A stretch of 63,992 nucleotides of DNA, the filler included, from Acetivibrio sp. (GTDB taxonomy: Bacteria; Bacillota; Clostridia; Acetivibrionales; Acetivibrionaceae), in the NCBI RefSeq assembly GCF_035371925.1. It is 4 parts of 4 records of this genome, joined end to end, with 100 filler letters (N's around TTAATTAATTAA, not from the genome) between each part and the next. Parts side by side here need not be neighbours in the genome. Positions count along the whole stretch, not along the records: positions 49,485 to 63,992 come from NZ_DAORXT010000072.1; 3 more parts are not named here. The stretch is one strand, 5' to 3'. The notes under the pieces are model-generated. The model did no database searches, was not told the origin of the DNA, and saw only the letters and a program-made list of their open reading frames with translations. The translations under genes and the position numbers were made by a program. Shown here in pieces: positions 61,369 through 63,992 of the stretch. Numbering within the stretch: position 1 is the first letter of the stretch; each line of letters opens with the position of its first letter.

Positions 61369-63453
61369 ATGCCCAGGCAATTTAGTTTAGAAAATACAAG
61401 AAATATAGGTATAATGGCTCACATAGATGCGGGTAAAACCACAACAACTGAACGTATCCTGTATTATACCGGTAGGGTTCATAAAATAGGAGAAACTCAT
61501 GAAGGTTCAGCAACTATGGACTGGATGGAGCAGGAACAAGAAAGAGGTATAACCATAACTTCAGCTGCAACTACCGCCCAATGGAAAGGCACAAGGATAA
61601 ATATAATTGATACGCCAGGGCACGTTGACTTCACAGTCGAAGTTGAAAGGTCACTTCGCGTTCTTGACGGAGCAGTTACGGTTTTCTGTGCCAAGGGAGG
61701 AGTTGAGCCTCAGTCTGAAACCGTATGGAGACAGGCTGATAAATATAAAGTTCCCCGTATGGCATATGTAAATAAAATGGATATAATGGGAGCGGACTTT
61801 TTTAACTGTATAAATATGATGAAGGAAAGACTTCAGGCAAATCCGGTTCCAATTCAGCTTCCTATAGGAAAAGAGGATCATTTTGAAGGTATCATTGACC
61901 TTGTAAAAATGAGAGCATACTACTACATGGACGACTTAGGAAAGGACATTCAGGAAAGGGATATTCCCGATGATATGAAAGAGCTGGCAGAAGAGTATCG
62001 CTTAAATCTCTTGGAAAATGTTGCAGAACAAGACGAAGAGCTCATGATGAAGTATCTTGAAGGTGAAGAAATCACAGAAGAGGAAATAAAGGCAGTTATC
62101 AGAAAGGCTACTATTGCCGTAAAAATGATACCTGTTCTCTGTGGTTCTTCATACAAGAATAAGGGAGTTCAGCGTCTTCTCGATGCAGTTGTGGATTATA
62201 TGCCTTCTCCTGTTGATATTGAAGCTATAAAAGGTGTATCTATTGACGGAGAGACAGAAATCGAAAGACGTGCTAGTGATGATGAGCCGTTCTCGGCATT
62301 GGCATTTAAGATTATGGCTGACCCTTATGTTGGTAAGCTCTGCTTTTTTAGAGTTTACTCGGGGAAACTCAGCTCCGGTTCCTATGTTCTCAATGCCACT
62401 AAAGGCAAAAGAGAGAGGATAGGTAGAATGCTGCAGATGCATGCAAACCATAGAGAAGAAATCGATATGGTTTACTCCGGAGATATAGCGGCAGCTGTTG
62501 GATTAAAAGATACTACAACGGGAGATACTCTCTGTGATGAGACAAATCCTGTTATTCTTGAATCCATGAACTTCCCGGAACCGGTTATCCACGTTGCTAT
62601 TGAGCCTAAGACAAAGGCCGGACAGGAAAAAATGGGTATAGCGCTCCAGAAATTGGCTGAAGAAGACCCGACATTTAGGACCTATACAGATCAAGAAACA
62701 GGACAGACAATAATAGCCGGTATGGGAGAGCTCCATCTGGATATAATTGTTGACCGTCTGTTAAGAGAGTTCAAGGTTGAGGCGAATGTTGGTAATCCAC
62801 AGGTTGCTTATAAAGAGACAATCAGAAAGCCTGTAAAATCAGAAGGTAAGTATATCAGACAGTCTGGTGGTAAGGGTCAGTACGGTCACTGTTGGATAGA
62901 ATTAGAGCCTAAAGAACGCGGAACAGGATATGAATTTATCAATAAAATTGTCGGTGGTGTTATTCCGAAAGAATATATCCCGGCAATCGATGCAGGTATT
63001 CAGAGTGCCATGAACAACGGTGTATTGGCAGGATATCCGGTTGTTGACGTTAAAGTAACCTTGTACGACGGTTCATACCACGAGGTTGACTCCTCGGAAA
63101 TGGCGTTTAAGGTTGCAGGTTCTATGGCCTTCAAAGACGGTATGAAGAAGGCAGATCCCGTACTTCTTGAGCCAATCATGAAAGTAGTTGTTACTGTTCC
63201 TGAAGACTACATGGGTGACGTTATGGGTGACCTCAATTCAAGAAGAGGAAGAATTGAGGGAATGGAAGCAAGAGCAGGAGCCCAGGTTATACACGCCTAT
63301 GTTCCTTTGGCTGAAATGTTTGGATACGCTACTGCATTGCGTTCCAGAACACAAGGTAGAGGTGTGTTCGCTATGGAAATAAGCCATTTTGAAGAAGTGC
63401 CCAAGAATATTCAGGAACAGATAATAAGTGGAAGAGCTAAAAGTAATGATTAA
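61369..63453 (+). CDS. fusA: Elongation factor G
   Basis: [23 protein letters not shown] and GMGELHL motifs. Confidence 0.99.
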   Translation: MPRQFSLENTRNIGIMAHIDAGKTTTTERILYYTGRVHKIGETHEGSATMDWMEQEQERGITITSAATTAQWKGTRINIIDTPGHVDFTVEVERSLRVLDGAVTVFCAKGGVEPQSETVWRQADKYKVPRMAYVNKMDIMGADFFNCINMMKERLQANPVPIQLPIGKEDHFEGIIDLVKMRAYYYMDDLGKDIQERDIPDDMKELAEEYRLNLLENVAEQDEELMMKYLEGEEITEEEIKAVIRKATIAVKMIPVLCGSSYKNKGVQRLLDAVVDYMPSPVDIEAIKGVSIDGETEIERRASDDEPFSALAFKIMADPYVGKLCFFRVYSGKLSSGSYVLNATKGKRERIGRMLQMHANHREEIDMVYSGDIAAAVGLKDTTTGDTLCDETNPVILESMNFPEPVIHVAIEPKTKAGQEKMGIALQKLAEEDPTFRTYTDQETGQTIIAGMGELHLDIIVDRLLREFKVEANVGNPQVAYKETIRKPVKSEGKYIRQSGGKGQYGHCWIELEPKERGTGYEFINKIVGGVIPKEYIPAIDAGIQSAMNNGVLAGYPVVDVKVTLYDGSYHEVDSSEMAFKVAGSMAFKDGMKKADPVLLEPIMKVVVTVPEDYMGDVMGDLNSRRGRIEGMEARAGAQVIHAYVPLAEMFGYATALRSRTQGRGVFAMEISHFEEVPKNIQEQIISGRAKSND

Positions 63454-63607
63454 TCTACCTTAGCGGTAACATGAATAATAAAAAACAAGCATGAAATTCG
63501 GGAAATATACAGAAAGCTGTATGTTTCCCGAATGGAAAAGCCAATTAAATTATAATTAAAATTATAAATTAATCAGTTCGTGAACTGAAAAAGGAGGAGA
63601 ATTTATA

Positions 63608-63992
63608 ATGGCAAAAGCAAAATTTGAAAGAAACAAACCCCACGTTAATATTGGAACAATAGGTCACGTTGACCATGGTAAGACATCATTGACTGCAGCT
63701 ATAACAAAAGTATTGAGCTATCTTGGAAGAGCAAGCTTTTCTGAATATGACCAGATAGACAAGGCTCCGGAAGAAAGAGAAAGAGGTATCACAATTTCAA
63801 CTGCACACGTTGAGTATGAAACTGAGAGCAGACACTATGCACACGTTGACTGCCCAGGCCACGCTGACTATGTTAAAAACATGATCACTGGTGCTGCTCA
63901 GATGGACGGTGCTATTCTCGTTGTATCAGCAGCAGATGGTCCGATGCCTCAGACAAGAGAACACATTTTGTTGGCTCGTCAGGTTGGTGTGC
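63608..63992 (+). CDS. tuf: Elongation factor Tu (3' truncated by window end)
   Basis: [26 protein letters not shown]...RGITI...[15 protein letters not shown]. Confidence 0.98.
   Translation, partial: MAKAKFERNKPHVNIGTIGHVDHGKTSLTAAITKVLSYLGRASFSEYDQIDKAPEERERGITISTAHVEYETESRHYAHVDCPGHADYVKNMITGAAQMDGAILVVSAADGPMPQTREHILLARQVGV

Overview
This is Firmicutes (Clostridia) DNA, most likely from a cellulosome-producing Acetivibrio/Hungateiclostridium close to A. thermocellus. That is an inference from SigI1/RsgI1-like and SlpA-like proteins. The window is not contiguous: three artificial 100-bp spacers (44 N + TTAATTAATTAA + 44 N, at 16475-16574, 32946-33045 and 49385-49484) join four contigs. 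Contig A (1-16474) carries an LTA synthase, bioY with a BirA operator, a SEC-C protein, the sigI-rsgI(CBM3) biomass-sensing pair, a GHL10-SLH hydrolase, class II RNR with tandem NrdR boxes, two DUF4015-like paralogs and an XRE regulator with a degenerate S24 domain. Contig B (16575-32945) carries an O-antigen-ligase-like protein, a frameshifted Wzz-like gene, the S-layer gene, spore genes, a dense DnaA-box cluster, nadABC, an orphan agrB and the 3' tip of a 5S rRNA. Contig C (33046-49384) carries a sigK-type two-gene DUF4183 cassette, ilvE, yqeG-aroE, a degenerate PilB-like ATPase, prepilin peptidase, comFB, an nfo-like gene, aroQ, pepP, efp and spoIIIAA-AF. Contig D (49485-63992) is the core rplK-rplA-rplJ-rplL-rpoB-rpoC-L7Ae-rpsL-rpsG-fusA-tuf cluster. 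The best leads are the DUF4183 cassette (candidate spore-appendage system), the intergenic DnaA-box cluster, the catalytically degenerate MshEN-PilB/PilD/ComFB module, the S-layer glycosylation locus, and a 72-bp element found twice directly after terminators. All family assignments come from motif recognition; no database searches were run.
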